Positions 23,292 through 41,030 are shown, numbered from the whole stretch's first letter. The stretch: DNA of 63,148 nt, filler included, from Collodictyon triciliatum (GCA_043381765.1; 5 parts of 5 records of this genome joined end to end with filler, not necessarily neighbours in it); one strand, 5' to 3'. The notes: generated by a model not told the origin, from the letters alone. Numbers and translations are program-made.

Positions 23292-26200
23292 ATGACACAG
23301 CCTGACTTTGGAAAAGCAGTTCGAATCCTTAATGAAGCGCAGCGCACTAGTGCATATCACTCACGCTTGATACCTGAACTGAAAAGCCTCCATTCCGCCG
23401 ATCCCCAAAGAGCCACAGCTTTTTTGCTGCAAGCCATCGATCGCGTCTTGGTGATCGACAAAAAAGAGCCCCCTGCTGATAGACTGGTACCTGACTTGAT
23501 ATGACAAATCAGTGCTGTCGATAACAAAATAACTGGAATGTAATTAGCCTTGTTTTCGTTTCGAATACTAGTTAAAATTGGTCTTAATCATACTGGTACA
23601 ACTTCCATCACATAAGGTGGACTTTTTCGTCGCCTTTGCTGTCCACACTTCAGAGCAACATGTGCAGGACGAAGAGCTCATATCTGAAATCCTTCACCAT
23701 CTGCTCTTAAGGGCAGGGGCTAAAAGCAGATACGTTCGTGCCAGGGCCACACAAATGATAGGCGGAGTAATGCTTGGATTAAGTGAGGATGCAGAAATCA
23801 GGTATAGTAAGCATGATTCCCAACCCAAAATTTGGGGATTACATAATTATTACCCTCCTGCTGATATATTTGTACATGGAAAGTACTTGTCATCGATACA
23901 AATCTCAATCCATACCATCATATAATCGCAGTGGAGATCTCTTTGACAATATTCAGAACGCAATCTTACAGAGGAGTAAAGACAAGGTAAACCAAATTTG
24001 AAATCTCTAATGCCCCAACACAAATATATTCTAAAAAAAACTCTTGTTCTCGTGCTTATCTCGTGGATGTGCTGCTCCATCATTCATATCATAGTGGTAT
24101 CATTTGGAATGCATTTTGAAAAATTGAGACGTTTACCTCAGTTCTTGGAAACAGGTTCCTATGGTTAGAGCACAGGCGGCATCTGCCCTCATGAGACTTC
24201 AAAGTGCGGATGAAACAGACGACCCAGCCACCAAGGAATTGATACGCCTAATGACATACGATGCATCCAGGTTTCTAATCCTACATCACCTCCCTCTTTT
24301 AAGAGTAACGTTTTATCATCGAATATTCAACGAACATAAAGCCTAATCACTACTATTTTTCTGATAAAAGTGCTTTTTTTTTATGGATCTAAATACACAG
24401 GGAAGTACGTCAAGCTGCTTTATTGAATGTTCAACTGTGTAAAAATACCTTCCCTTCCATACTGCTAAGGTCACGGGATGTTTGTGAAACAGTTCGGAAG
24501 ATTTTATATCAGGTACAGTGTCATAAGCCATAATAATAGCACAATCCAAAAATCAGAGTGCAACTGTATAAAATATATTTCAACTCAAATGAGCTATCTT
24601 ATCATGCTGTCAAGGAAAAACTAGTTCATCATTTATGTTTAGTTCACTGCATATAGCGTGGTATGTTCCTAATGAATCAAATCCTTCAGGATGTTCTTGC
24701 AAATAAAATCACCATCAAGGCACTGAGTATTTCACAAAGAAACAATATTCTGAGAGATGGGATGAACGATAGGTACATACACAACACTTACTTTTCATTA
24801 TGATATCTTCCATCAATCATTTTCTTTCCCGTGTACTCTTATTTTGTGAAATGGGGTAAACATAAGCTGTATGTCGATTATTTTAAAGTTTGCTACCTGT
24901 TAATACAGGAACAAATATGTCACCCAATCATGCCTGGTAATGCTAAATGCTTGGTTCAAACACTTCAAAAATGACCCTTTGCAAGTAAGGACCAATATTT
25001 TACAAAATGTGACGAATCGATGGCACTTTCCTTGTTCAGATATCATCTTGTTAAACGAAAACCCTTACATATCAGCTCATTGAAGCTCTAGATCTTGAAA
25101 ATTACGAAGACAACATCGTACAGTCCATGAAAATTCTCATCAAGTCAGGAACAACACCAAAGCCTGAGCTCCTACCTCCTATTTCGCCCGAAAAAGTGCT
25201 TTATTTCCGCCTTTATGTCGATTGTCTTAAGGTAAATATTATATTGCTAACTTGCCGAAAATAATATATTTAAATACTGGGATTTTTATGAGAACAAAAT
25301 AAATGTCTCTCCGACACTTGTTATTGAGCCTCTAAGTTTTAGTAGATCGAAACAACTACACATTTGCTCGCACCTTCTAAGTTTAAACCACACTCACAAA
25401 ATCTATCTTTTTTTTTATTTTAACAATCTAAGGAGGAAAGAAAGGAAAGCTTGTTGGATGATGTGATTCCTGAAGTGCTGCAATACGTTCGTATGATGGA
25501 AGAAAACACACAAACTCCAACACTCATTCAGCTACTTAAAGCAGCAGTACACTTGGATTACCATGACGAAGTTGGTAGAAGAAAAATGGAATCAGTTCTC
25601 TGTAAATTCAAATATTATATTCATATGCATACATTGTATCCCATAAAATGATTGCATATCTTAGTAATTTGATGAAGATATTCTCCAATATATTCCCTAT
25701 TTAAAATCAATACCCAAACTAGACACATTATCCTTGAAGAGTAACGATTCAGAAGATTTGATCCCAGCAATACACACTGCACTTCGTGCATTATATAAGA
25801 ATGATAATATATGGATTAGGTAATCCGAATTCTTCAAACTTTTGCAAATATATTTACAGGCGCTTATTTAAAAAAAAACTATGGGGTTCTATAATTCTGG
25901 CCTAGTCTATAACTCTTATTTTCTTTTTTTGGCGCTTGGGTTTAAAAATAAATAATACTACTAAATCTCACCAAAACGCCTAGAGAGTCTTGCCTTCGCC
26001 TAGGGTCAGTGGTGAAGGATACCCTCCAAAAAAGCGAGCAACTCAAAGAAACGAAGATTTACTACCAAGAAAGAATCTCAACTGTCCGCCAAAATATCAA
26101 GAAAACCGAGGATTTGTTGGTTTCTTGCCAGTATCGAAGTGAAAATGATGAAGTGGCCAGATATTCTCAGGTTATATCCAAATGCAATTTATATTATGTA

Positions 26201-27415
26201 AATTTTTTTTGGTTGTGTACATTTTTGTAACAATCAACTTATGTCCAGCAATTAGAACAATTAAAGCAAGATTTTGCAAAATTGACGTTGGAATTTGAGG
26301 ATGTTGAAGTTCAGGAAGAGGAAGATTGGAACCACAGACTAATATACCTATCAGAAATATTAAAGCATATGACACAAGTAATGGTGTTAGACACTCTCCG
26401 AAAGCTAGTAACTACTGCGTGTTGAAAAACTCCTCTTTACATCGGGGCTCACTTGAATTAAAAGTGCATTTTTTTTTCCATTAGACTCAATACCAAAAGA
26501 TAAAAGAGATCCAGGAACTTTTCACAAGTTTTGTTTTGTGTTCAATCCGCAATCAACTACCGTCTGTGCGTTGTAAAGGGTTCGAGGCTCTAGGATTGTA
26601 TTCTTTATTGAATAAGGTATCTTCATGTTTTCAAATTGAATTGTCCTTAATATATAGGATAATTCAACAACATGGTCCCTTTTTTTTCCCTCCAATTTAT
26701 CATATTCCAGCAATTCAATATATAAAATTGACCTGGTTAAGGTAAATTCAAAATTTCTTCTACCTTTCTGACCCTATTAATTTCTTTGGTGTAGCAAATC
26801 GCTCAGGATTATGTTGGTTTATTCTTTGTAGCGCTTAAAAATGACATCGACCCACTTCACCCTATATGCGCAAAAGTTTGGGCTTTATCTAAAACATTAT
26901 GGTGCATTCAGTTATTTAGGCCACTAGCTTGATGTGACTGAGATATTCATAATACTGTTTCTAATTGTAAATTCTTTGTTTAAAATTAGGCTCTTTTTGA
27001 TTTGATGCTCGTTTATGGTCTAGAAGGGTTGGATGAAAGCGCCAAGGAAACTCAGGTATCATTTGCTTTACTTTTTTTTTAAAAAATAATATTTTTGCCC
27101 CCAGTGCTCATAATCAAATTTAATAATACATTCATCCTCTCATTCTTAAGATCATATATAAATTTGCTTATCTTGGATACAGCCGTGTGAACAATTGATA
27201 GCACATCTGCTTGATTTGATTCACAACGAAGATTCGGAAATGAGATGTATAATTGCCGAAGGATTTTCCAAACTCTTGATGCGTGGAATAATTCGAAGTG
27301 AAAAGGTACTGTTGTATTATGAAGTAATCCTCTCTATTTCTTTCTTCTTTTTTTAGGGTTAATACATAATGAAGTATATTGTTGTTTTATTGGAAATCCT
27401 GGTTTTGATTATCTC

Positions 27416-27502
<87 letters not shown>

Positions 27503-29364
27503 AACGTAGCATGCCGCTCAGGTTTTAAGCACACCAATTACTTTTTTCACAGATATTTACTAGGCTATTCATATCGTATTTTAATCCTACCAACGAAAGC
27601 GATACAGCCATGAAGCAGTGCCTAAGTGTTTTTTTCCCAACATTTGTGTCTTCCGCGAATGCAAACCGAAATCTAATCTCGGAAGTTTTCATGCCGTGTA
27701 TACGTATTTTCCTAGAGGCTCCTTCTTCATCTCCATTGTCAAAGGTAATTGACTAGGAAAGTCAATCATTTGTGCGTGTTTTATGTAAAAAAAAATATAG
27801 ATAATTCTCTAACTGTGATGTTGAAATGGTGGGCATATCTGCAACGATAAACAGCAAACATAAATAAATATGATTGATAAACGTCACTTGTAAGTGTTTC
27901 AATTATATCACAATTTAAGGTCGATGTCGTTGACGTTGCCGAGCTGTTTTGCTACATGACCTCCAAAGAGCTCTTCTCGTCAACACAAGGGTATCATTGA
28001 TAACTTCATAATGATAGAAATGTCTGTAATATTCATTTCATTTGAATTGGTTATCAAACAATGCGGTTCTGTCGAATTCAGTCACCAATTTATGCCTTGT
28101 ACAATCGGAATTTCTCATTTATAGATATGACTTTATTCATGACAAACTTGCTGTTTCAACACTTAATGAGACCTTATCTCGAGATAATGGTAAGCTGTCT
28201 CATTTATTTATTTCACTTATGCGTGCATATAATGTTTAATATAATTAAAATTGTGTTATATTTTTGCTTTTTATATAATACAGCCAAGAGTACTGTCTAC
28301 GCCTCCTGCATATTCATGCCTGAGGGGGAAATATATTATCGATGATTAAACTTTACTTACTAACCCATGTTTTTAGTCAGAGAAAAGAGGAAATTATGCC
28401 AACTTCTGCCCTTATTTGAGGTGAGCCAAAAGGATGAAGCTATGTCTGTTCAGTTTGGTAATCTCGTGGAGTGTGTGCGGAAGGTATAATCACAGCCTCT
28501 CGGTAATGATGATAAGAAGTGCTTCTTTTTTTATAAGAAATAATAATTTTTACATCTGACTTTCGCCATACATATTCTCTTAAACACTAGAATGTGTTTT
28601 AATGCGGACTATATTTTGAACATAGAATATCAAAGAGGCTGGAACTCTTATTTTCTTTCTATAAACACCACTACAGTAGTCCACTTTTTGAATCAAATGC
28701 AAACTTTAGATTTTCTTTCTATGTCAATTGCGCCTAACCCACCGCGCAGGAAACGACGGACAAGCTGTCTCTTCGATACCTAGAAAAGTTTGAGAGAATC
28801 TTCCGCGGCTTCTCTGAAGAATCCCGCAATCTGGATGACGGAGAGCGTAGCGACTCATCCACTGCGTCGCACCAGCAATCCAATGATGAGAATGGACAAG
28901 AAAGCAACGAAGTAGGAGAGGATTCAATCGCCAGGAAGGCGCCAAATAGAAGCTCTAAAGCGAAGGCTTCAGCGATATCAAACACGAGTTTGTCCCCTGG
29001 ACCAGAAAATCCATCAGGCACAAAAGTGTCGAAAAGTAGGCAGACGAAAGGCACAAAGAAGGCATCAAAGTCTGCCGCTTCGAGCGAAGAGGCACTGCAA
29101 AACGATGCAAAAGAAGGTCACGTGAAACCGACGAAGAAGAGTTCGAAAAGAAGCGAAAAATCAAGTGTGATGGGAAGGAAAGCATCCAAAAAATCGTCAA
29201 AGGTCAAATCAGCAAAAGCAGATCTTTCAAGTAGCGAGAACAGCAGCGATGGTGAAGACAGCAACGTGGAGAGGCGCTTCAATTCAGATAATGAAGACGG
29301 AGATGATGATGATGATTTTGAAGAGGACGAAAAGGAAAAGGACGCAGACTTTATCGGTATGTGA
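23292..29364 (+). CDS. NCAPG: Condensin complex subunit 3 (CAP-G/Ycg1), multi-exon
   Basis: EAQRTSAYHSRL, KKEPPADRLVDF, AKSRYVRARATQ, RSKDKVPMVRAQAASALMRLQ, YDASREVRQA, RSRDVCETVR, LDYHDEVGRRK, EALGLYSLL, IAEGFSKLL, KQCLSVFFP; basic then acidic low-complexity tail. Confidence 0.9.
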
Positions 29365-29498
29365 AAACCAATATGTTGGCCGACGTCTGGTTGTATTCTT
29401 TTACTTTTAATGACGATAAAAACCAAGTGACATAACGCTTATTGATACCTGTGGTTTCTTTATCCTCTCTCCTTGATTCCCTCCACGTGTGACCATTA

Positions 29499-30184
29499 TC
29501 AGGCAAAACGAATCGCAGCGCTGGAAAGGGACGGCTGCAAAAGACGTATGAGATTAAACGCACATATACCCACGTTCATGAGGGTCTTTAACGCCCGCCC
29601 CACTTTGATTGTCATTACCATACAAACCTCGGTTTAACCACAACCACAACCACAGCCACAACCACAACCACAGCCCTCACGACGCGAAGCATGGCCCTGC
29701 AGAAGAAAACAAACCACCGAACCAAACATCCCAGTATCGAACCCGGTAAGAGGCATCCCCTGCTTCTGTCTCCTCCCACCATTCGCGTAACATTGACACA
29801 AATCCAAACAAACGGGGAGCCGCATATCCGTTCAAATACGACAGTCATAAGCCACTCTTTTTGCCTTTTTTTCTTTTTTTGTCTTTTTTGTCTTTTTTGT
29901 CTTTTTTGTCTTTTTTGTCTTTTTTGTCTTTTTTGTCTTTTTTGTCTTTTTTGTCTTTTTTGTCTTTTTTGTCTTTTTTGTCTATTTGTCTTTTTGTCTT
30001 TTTTGTCATTTTTTTTTCCCTTGAAGATTTGCAATGCTTGGATAAGCTGCTCACCACGCACCATGTCCAGTGCCGCAACCAGGCAGAAAAAGGCGGAGGA
30101 GTGTTGAGGGCTGAGCCGGTGTAAGCCACAGCCACGGGCGTCCTGCTGCTCCGAACCCTCCGCAGTCTCGTTGCTTTCGCCCAT
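29499..30184 (-). CDS. Putative small orphan protein (88 aa, four exons); product unknown
   Basis: GT-AG exons 30184-30062, 29759-29681, 29602-29574, 29534-29499 join in frame (267 nt). The first two introns carry simple repeats like other genes here. No family recognised. Confidence 0.3.
29870..30005 (+). repeat. (TTTTTTGTC)n 9-mer tandem repeat
   Basis: Visible array; source of the spurious KDK/QKR ORFs. Confidence 0.9.
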
Positions 30185-30520
30185 CTCAGCGAGGGACGCG
30201 ACATCTTTTCCTTCTTTTTGTTTTTATTTTGATTTTTCCTTTTTTTTTCTTTTTTTTTTTACATTCTTATTTTTTGTTCGACGTCTCTTTTCGCAGCCCC
30301 GCATCATTACAGAAAACTGCCTGTGGTTTTGCCTCTGCAAAGGTGTTCATTGCCACTTCAACGCGAGGCCTTTGTAAATAATTACACCAAAGAAAATGAG
30401 GGGCAGCTTTTTCTTTTCAAGATATGAATACACCAATAAATCTCAAACCCTCGAGCTTTTATTTGGTACAAAAAAATTCCTTGCTCTTTTCTTTTAAAAT
30501 ACAAGTACCTATTATTTGCG

Positions 30521-30660
30521 GTGATTCATGGTGATTCATGGTGATTTATGGTGATTTATGGTGATTTATGGTGATTTATGGTGATTTATGGTGATTTATG
30601 ATGATTTATGATGATTTATGATATTTGTGATGATTTATGATGATTTATGATATTTATGAT
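30521..30660 (+). repeat. (GTGATTTATG)n 10-mer minisatellite upstream of PSMG1
   Basis: Units change progressively from GTGATTCATG to GTGATTTATG to ATGATTTATG. Confidence 0.9.
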
Positions 30661-30878
30661 GGTTTGAAAATTGCGCCCCAGAAGCCATTTTCTTTATCCG
30701 GAAATACTGTGTCCTCTATGTTCGTTTCTTCGGCCGACCGGAACCTTCTATTATCGCTCTTTCTTTTCTTTTTTATTTTTCCTTCATCCCCTGTGGATCT
30801 TTACAGCGTGGTTTATTCAAGTATCGCAAACGAGTCGAAAAGAGAGAAGGGAAGGGAAAGAAGGAAAGGGGAAGGGAA

Positions 30879-32596
30879 ATGAGCCTAAACAATAACAGCA
30901 GCATGGACGGACTTCCACCGCTCGAACCTTTGGTTTCCTTCTCCCGCAATCCGTATGAAGACGATGACGAGGAAGACACTCCATTCGAACCAGGGGCAGA
31001 GGAATGCAGCAAACTCCGGAGCGAAGACGCTGGATATTGTTGGGAGGTCAGTTGTTTTTCTGTGTATACTTATCGCTATATTTTATTTTTATGATAGTTT
31101 TGTTTTGAAGACTCCCCTTTTTTTTCTTTCTTTTTTTTTCTTTTTACTGCCTTCTATTTGCTTTTCACGATTCTGTAAATGATGTTCCTTTGTATCAAAC
31201 CAAAGTTGCCCGAATGCAAAGATAAAGAACCTGCCTAACTGGACAACTCCATAATTTACGACATTATAGCATTTTCCTGAGACAGAGAAACACATACACG
31301 GATTTCCGCTGCTAGTCACAACTGGCCCGGTCTTGGCGTCTTTTTTCCAGTCTGCTGGGATCACCAAGGAAGCACCCACGTCCGTTTTTCTACGGAACGG
31401 GCAGGATTGGGTTGGTTGATAAATACGCATCTAATTGTTCATCCCGCGTCCATATTTTTGTTTCTCTCTTTTTCTTTTTGTTACAATCGTCTCAAATTGC
31501 TAAAGGCGTCAGATAAAGATGATTCTTCAAAAAAAAAAAAAACTCACTCCAATATATTATGAAGTACTTTATATCCATCATAAAAAAGAAAGAATTTCCT
31601 TGAAAATCCTACCACTGAACCTTTTTTCCTATTCAAAAGCGTAAGAGCAACACTGCGGTTAGAGTTTATCAGTATTCGCAGGTATATATAGTCCAAGTAG
31701 ATGAGGCGTTCCCTTCTGAAATGATAAATGAGACAGCATCTGCACTTCTGGAACTCTTAAGACCTTCCGAGTATGCTCATATAATCCGCTCTATTTTCTA
31801 CTTCTTTTATATAAAGCACATCAATCATAAATTGTAGCATCCATCTATGAGACTGATTCAATAAACGAATTTCACTTTTAGGCTTTACATCCTTTCTCTT
31901 CAAACAACCTCTGCTTATCGTGGTATTTCTGAGCAAACTTCTTTCTTGCGTGCGTTATGGACATCCAAAGCATCCGATGTAATAGCTTTCTTAATTTTTT
32001 TTTAATTCTTTCTTCCCCTTTCTGTGTATACGACAGAAAATATCAAACGTCAACCAATCGGCCTGACTCTTTCTTTCAACACAGGAAAAAACTGGCTGTT
32101 TAACGGCACTTGAATCTCCCAATTATTGTGTCGGCATGGACGCCTCCCTAATGACGCTAGTAATCACATTTTGATTGTATGAAAGATTATAAAGATATGC
32201 TAATAGCATTTAAACATGCGCCTAGGAGCCATTTGTAGAATTGTTGAATTTTTTTCTTTTAATCAAGTGATAGTATGCTACCTAAGTGATCGTTATTTTT
32301 TCATTCTGTGCGTGCGGTGTCAGGCTGAGCTCAAAGGCATACCTGCAGTACTCTTGCTATCCTACCGTGAATCTCTTCATGTCGATTCAAACTCTCTCAA
32401 GATTGGTCTCCATGCAGTATCCAACATCATCGTAAGTAGTTTGGTGTCATCAAACCATCCATCAAAACATTAATCGCGACCTCAACCTCAAAAGCCATCT
32501 GCCGGCCTGTCCCAGTCCATAGCCTCCTCGCTCCCACTGGTGCCCAAACTCTGCCTGTCGCACAATCGAAGAACCCACACAGATGTATACACATAG
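30879..32596 (+). CDS. PSMG1: Proteasome assembly chaperone 1 (PAC1)-like
   Basis: N-terminal FSRNPYEDDDEED; LRALWTS; LESPNYCVGMDASLMTLAELKGIPAVLLLSY; C-terminal DVYT*, resembling the PSMG1 NIYT end. Confidence 0.7.
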
Positions 32597-33303
32597 ATGC
32601 ATTTCTGGTCCACCGCCAAGTCATCATCCGAATCGCAGCTTGTAGTGGCCGGACTTACTTCGCTAAGGATTAAAGCTCAAAAGAAAAAAATTGTTGTTTG
32701 TCGCGAGATAAAAGAATGCGTCAACAAAATTCCAGTATTAGAAATGCGTCATGAAATTATCCAATGTGGAAATTACTCTCTTCCAAATGTATTGACTCAT
32801 TTTTATGTTCATGATGAATAAAATAGTTCATCGAAAAGAATCAATTATACGAATGTCACGTAACTAACTTTCGAACCACAATAACCATTTATGCAGGAAA
32901 ATCCGTTGTCCCTGTGCAGTCAAACGTCTGGGGCGCAGGTTGCTGCATTTGCTTGTCCCATCAGCCGGACGTTTGTCAAAAAAAAGAAAACAAAAGAAAA
33001 CAAAAGAAAACAAAAGAAAACAAAAGAAAAGAATAGAATACAAAAGAAAACAAAAGAAAAGAATAGAAAACAAAACAAAACAAATGAAAACAAAATAAAA
33101 CAAAAGTGTACGAAAATAAAACAATTTTTTTTAAAAGAGGAAGAAAATCACAATCAGATCGTGACACCGCATCACGCTCGAGTTGATCACAGACTCCGCT
33201 CACCAGCCACAACACAGCATTCAAGATGTACCTTACAAATATATCTATCAATTCACTTATTGTATACCTGTCTGACAGGCAAGTGGAGGTAGCTGCGAGG
33301 GAT

Positions 33304-36707
<3,404 letters not shown>

Positions 36708-36989
36708 NNNNNNNNNNNNNNNNNNNNNNNNNNNNNNNNNNNNNNNNNNNNTTAATTAATTAANNNNNNNNNNNNNNNNNNNNNNNNNNNNNNNNNNNNN
36801 NNNNNNNTGCTTTTGCTTTTGCTTTTGATTTTGATTTTGATTTTGATTTTGATTTTGATTTTGATTCCTGGGAGGGAACTGTTGTATCCTGGGCAAGGGA
36901 TTTCCCCAGGACTACAGATAGAATACACAGCTTTCATGGAAAACCTTTCTCAACCACAGGATGGAACTCTTGGACGGTTGGCAACAGTT

Positions 36990-37935
36990 TCAAAAAAGGC
37001 TTAGGGGGAGGCAGAAGAGAGCTAATCAAGTCTTGATGGCCCTGAAAAAAAATACATCGAGGTGTGTGTCTCCTCTAGTTAATCAAACCTATCAACTAAC
37101 TCTGAGATGTATGGCGGTCTGAATCGAGATAAAGTATGCGAGGTTTTTTTGTTTTTGTATTTGTATTGTTTTTTTTTTTTTTTATCGTTATTGTTATTGA
37201 TACCGGTTCTCTGCTGATAGACATCAGACGTGGGGACCTTTCTGAACCGCCCGAATGTGAAACTCGCCTATCCGAGCCGCTAGACCGCGATAATCTTCTG
37301 TCCGAACTAGCAGATATGGACATTCTCCTTTCTGCGTGCACTCTTCTCTGTGGGGTGACATAGGGATTATTGAATTTTAAAAAAATGACAGTAATCCAAT
37401 TAAAATTTCCAGTTATTTTGTGAAGGCTCATATGCATACTTTGGGTACATTCACTCTCATTTATACAATAATGAAGAGGAGTTACCATATACTCAGCGTG
37501 CTGCGCTTTGTAAAGCGACATTTGCTAGTCAAGTGGTATTTTGACATTAATATACTGGTATATTATATCGATGAATAGCGGACGATGGTTCATGTAAACT
37601 GAAATAGCAACTGATTTGTTCAAAAGGATGTGTGGCTATGTTTATGTAAGTGAAATTTTCGATTCGTGGGTATCTTCTCTTCCCCTGTCCAATCATGAAG
37701 AAAAATTCAAATAAAGACCTTTGTGTGCTGGATTCTCTTTTGTAGTATCCACGCTCGAACAATTTGACTTCTTTTTTTCCTATGAAAGTGTAACAATCAC
37801 GCATACATCTATTGATTACTGCTATTATTACTAGTATTGTTATTATTATCGTTTATTTTTATCATTTTTATGAAAATTATAGTTCTAAGACAGTGACAGG
37901 TTAAATGTGTCCAAGTTATTTCCATTTCCGCTTCC

Positions 37936-37993
<58 letters not shown>

Positions 37994-38098
37994 ATAATNN
38001 NNNNNNNNNNNNNNNNNNNNNNNNNNNNNNNNNNNNNNNNNNNNNNNNNNNNNNNNNNNNNNNNNNNNNNNNNNNNNNNNNNNNNNNNNNNNNNNNNN

Positions 38099-38170
<72 letters not shown>

Positions 38171-41030
38171 GTGCTCTTAATTTATGTAAGACACTGAGAT
38201 GAATGGAAAAAAAAAAAAGTAACATATTTACAATATCAACACACCCGAGAATTGATATCTCCTTACAGCTCTTGTTAAGGCGTTCAGGCTCTCTGTATCC
38301 TTCAGAAATGCGACTACAGCGGAGCACCAAAACAATGAGCAGGAGAAATCAGATGAAAGTGACTAATAATATGGATAAAAAAGAAAATGGTACAGCAGAA
38401 ATAGTTCGATTATGTTTTGCTTCAATGAGTATTATGATAGCGATAGTGATCCCGATAAAGATAATAAATAGGTACTAATCGTATCGGCAGCCCAGTGTTT
38501 CTTGTGCTCTCTCCTTCTTGTCACATACTTTAATATGACTCTGGGTGATTAGATTTATAGTTAAATTCATCTCTAGGATAGCAAATCTATAGAATAGCGT
38601 ATTTTTAATCTAGTTTAAGATGTTTACGGTTTTAATTGATGAATAACAAACTTTTGTAAGACTCGAGTACCCCAGCGCCTCTTTTTTCCTAACATTCGAG
38701 CTTTGTATCGCCGATAAGCTCTCTGAATGATTATGACGGCTCGGAACTCCAATTCTGCACGATATCGCTCATAACGAATTTTCTACACGGATTATTCGAT
38801 TATGTACGTTGACACGATAACAGGCGATATAATAATGGGTTAGAATTGCTTGTGTTCTTGTATCTTTGCGTGTTTGTTTGTTTGTTTGTTTGTTTGTTTG
38901 TTTGTTTGTTTGTTTGTTTGTTTGTTTGTTTGTTTGTTTGTTTGTTTGTTTGTTTGTTTGTTTGTTTGTTTGTTTGCTATTTATTGGTTCGTTTTTTGTT
39001 GTTTTTTTCTTAAAAGAATGCTTCGATTTTTATTAAATAAACTAGAATAAACTGTGTGGTTGTCTACTTTAAGAACTTGGTCAAAGAAAAAATGACGCGC
39101 TCCCAGAGAGACAAGCCACCCCCATCTCCTTTGATTGTTGAATCGGTCTTGTACTTCAAATTCTCTACGATTTCTATGTTGCTCCTAAAGTATCTCTAAG
39201 TGCTTTTCTTGCGCCATGTGTCACATTTCCATTAATTTATAATGATAGGAAACTTATGCGAAGATATATATGAATTTTAAGTGAACCTCTTCAATCATAA
39301 TTCTACGTCGTTCAGACCTTTCTTTTCTCTAATTGTAATGTAAATATTGAAAGAAATGAAAGAGATGATGTGTGGGTGATATTTGAGTCAGTTTGTCACC
39401 TTACACTTTTTTTTCCTTTATTCGATTCAAAGTGTTGTCACCTTACATTTATTAGGGGATGAGGGATATTCCCTTCTTTTCAATTAAGAAAAATGAAAAA
39501 AGAAAAAGAAATGAATGTATGTACATAAAAACATATTTGTTGTTTGTCTCTTTTAAAATAAATCGATTTTCATGCTCCTTACAAGCTTTTCAAGTCGGAT
39601 TCGATATGGCACGGCTTGTTCACTCAAATCTATATGAGGTCTTTGATGTTTCTTTTGTTCCAATATGGTATCTGGAGTAAACAGGTAAAATGATTTTGTT
39701 TCTTAAAAATATTGTTAATGTGTCTTTTTAATAAAAAAAAAAAAAAAAAAAGTAATGACAGTGGTGGTCCTTGCGAAAGGGAAACAAACTTTGGGGGCAA
39801 GTAGAGAACCAACTGTGAAAATACTTGAATTATGGTTCTTTAAATTATTGTTCGGCTTATAGATAGATAAAAAAAATCGAAGAGGAATTGACAGTATTTG
39901 CTCGATGTTATGAATTTCATACTAATCTTTTGTTTAAATTCTACGTAATCTTCTGGATTTGATTTAATTCTATCGATTTTTTGGAATATATCTTCAATTT
40001 TTCCTTCCGGTCGAATAACTGACATGGCATCCTTATGTATGAGAATTAAATTAATTTTTAAGGTTTCTCCTTTTTTAAAAAAAAAACTTAAAATTTCAGA
40101 GACAACTAGTATTATCTTCCTTTTTTTTTTCTTTTTTTCTTTTTTTTTACCGATGCTTTTGTTTGCTTCAGGTAATGAGCAGACGAAGAGACTTTTTCGA
40201 TATTCCTATCCACATCTAAACATGTTTAATATGAACGGTAAAGAGAAAGATTAAGGAAGGGAAGAAATTGTATGACAATTCACTTATTCCTTTGTTCTTA
40301 TTTTAAAATAGAGAAGAATATGATCAAAATAATAGTAATTGTCGTGTTTAAGTAACATCCATAAAAAAAATTCTTTCATAGAAAATAAGCGAGAAATAAA
40401 TACAAAAAGTACTGTAAAAATCACTTTTTCTTTCAGTCACCCTAGTATCATCGTCTGTTCCAATCTCTTTATGGCTATGCTCCAATTTTTTAACTTCCTC
40501 TATAATCATAATATCAGATTAGCTAGGCCTTTTCTATAATATATATATACCGTGAATTACACTATTAAATTTGTCTTGTTCTGCTCTTTTCAATTCTTCA
40601 TTAAGGAGTATAATTCAGTGGGTGAATAGCGAGGTGAAAAATGGGGAAACAAATCACTAAGTATTTGTATCAGTTCTTTGAATCGAATAAAATAGGGGGG
40701 GGGGGGGGGGAAAAAAATAAAAAAAAAAAAATAACTAATTAAAAAAAAAAAAAAGTAAAAAAAAAAAGAAAAAATAAATAAGCATCAATTAACATTAGAT
40801 TTTACCTATGAGGTGTTGAACATCAGCAATATTTCTTTCAAATGTCTTTTGTCCTTCTCTCATCTTTGCCTCTGAATTCTCTAGTAGTGTTGAATCTGAT
40901 GAAGATATACCAGCCCTGTGTCCTTGTGTGTTGAGAAGGTGAAGAACTGTTTCTACTTGTCGATTCGCTCTTCTGGTCAGCACACTGAGGGAGGAACTTA
41001 ACTCGTTGCCCTAGTCTCATTCTCCATGTA
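36990..41030 (-). CDS. 3' part of an uncharacterised IQ-motif/coiled-coil protein
   Basis: Minus-strand exons include AVIIIQRAYRRYKAR (IQ motif, ~38650-38785), ORFs 40795-40983 and 39840-40025, an S/R-rich penultimate exon (~37204-37330) and a terminal exon ending at 36990. Confidence 0.55.
39406..39434 (-). mobile_element. ~29-bp A-tailed micro-element with perfect 13-bp target-site duplication
   Basis: TTGTCACCTTACA (39393-39405) - CTTTTTTTTCCTTTATTCGATTCAAAGTG - TTGTCACCTTACA (39435-39447). Its reverse complement matches the 22790 core exactly. Confidence 0.85.

Noticed and set aside
29870-30660. Tandem arrays as CRISPR or telomeric repeats
   Set aside because: No unique spacers, no cas genes, eukaryotic context; units differ from array to array and are internal.
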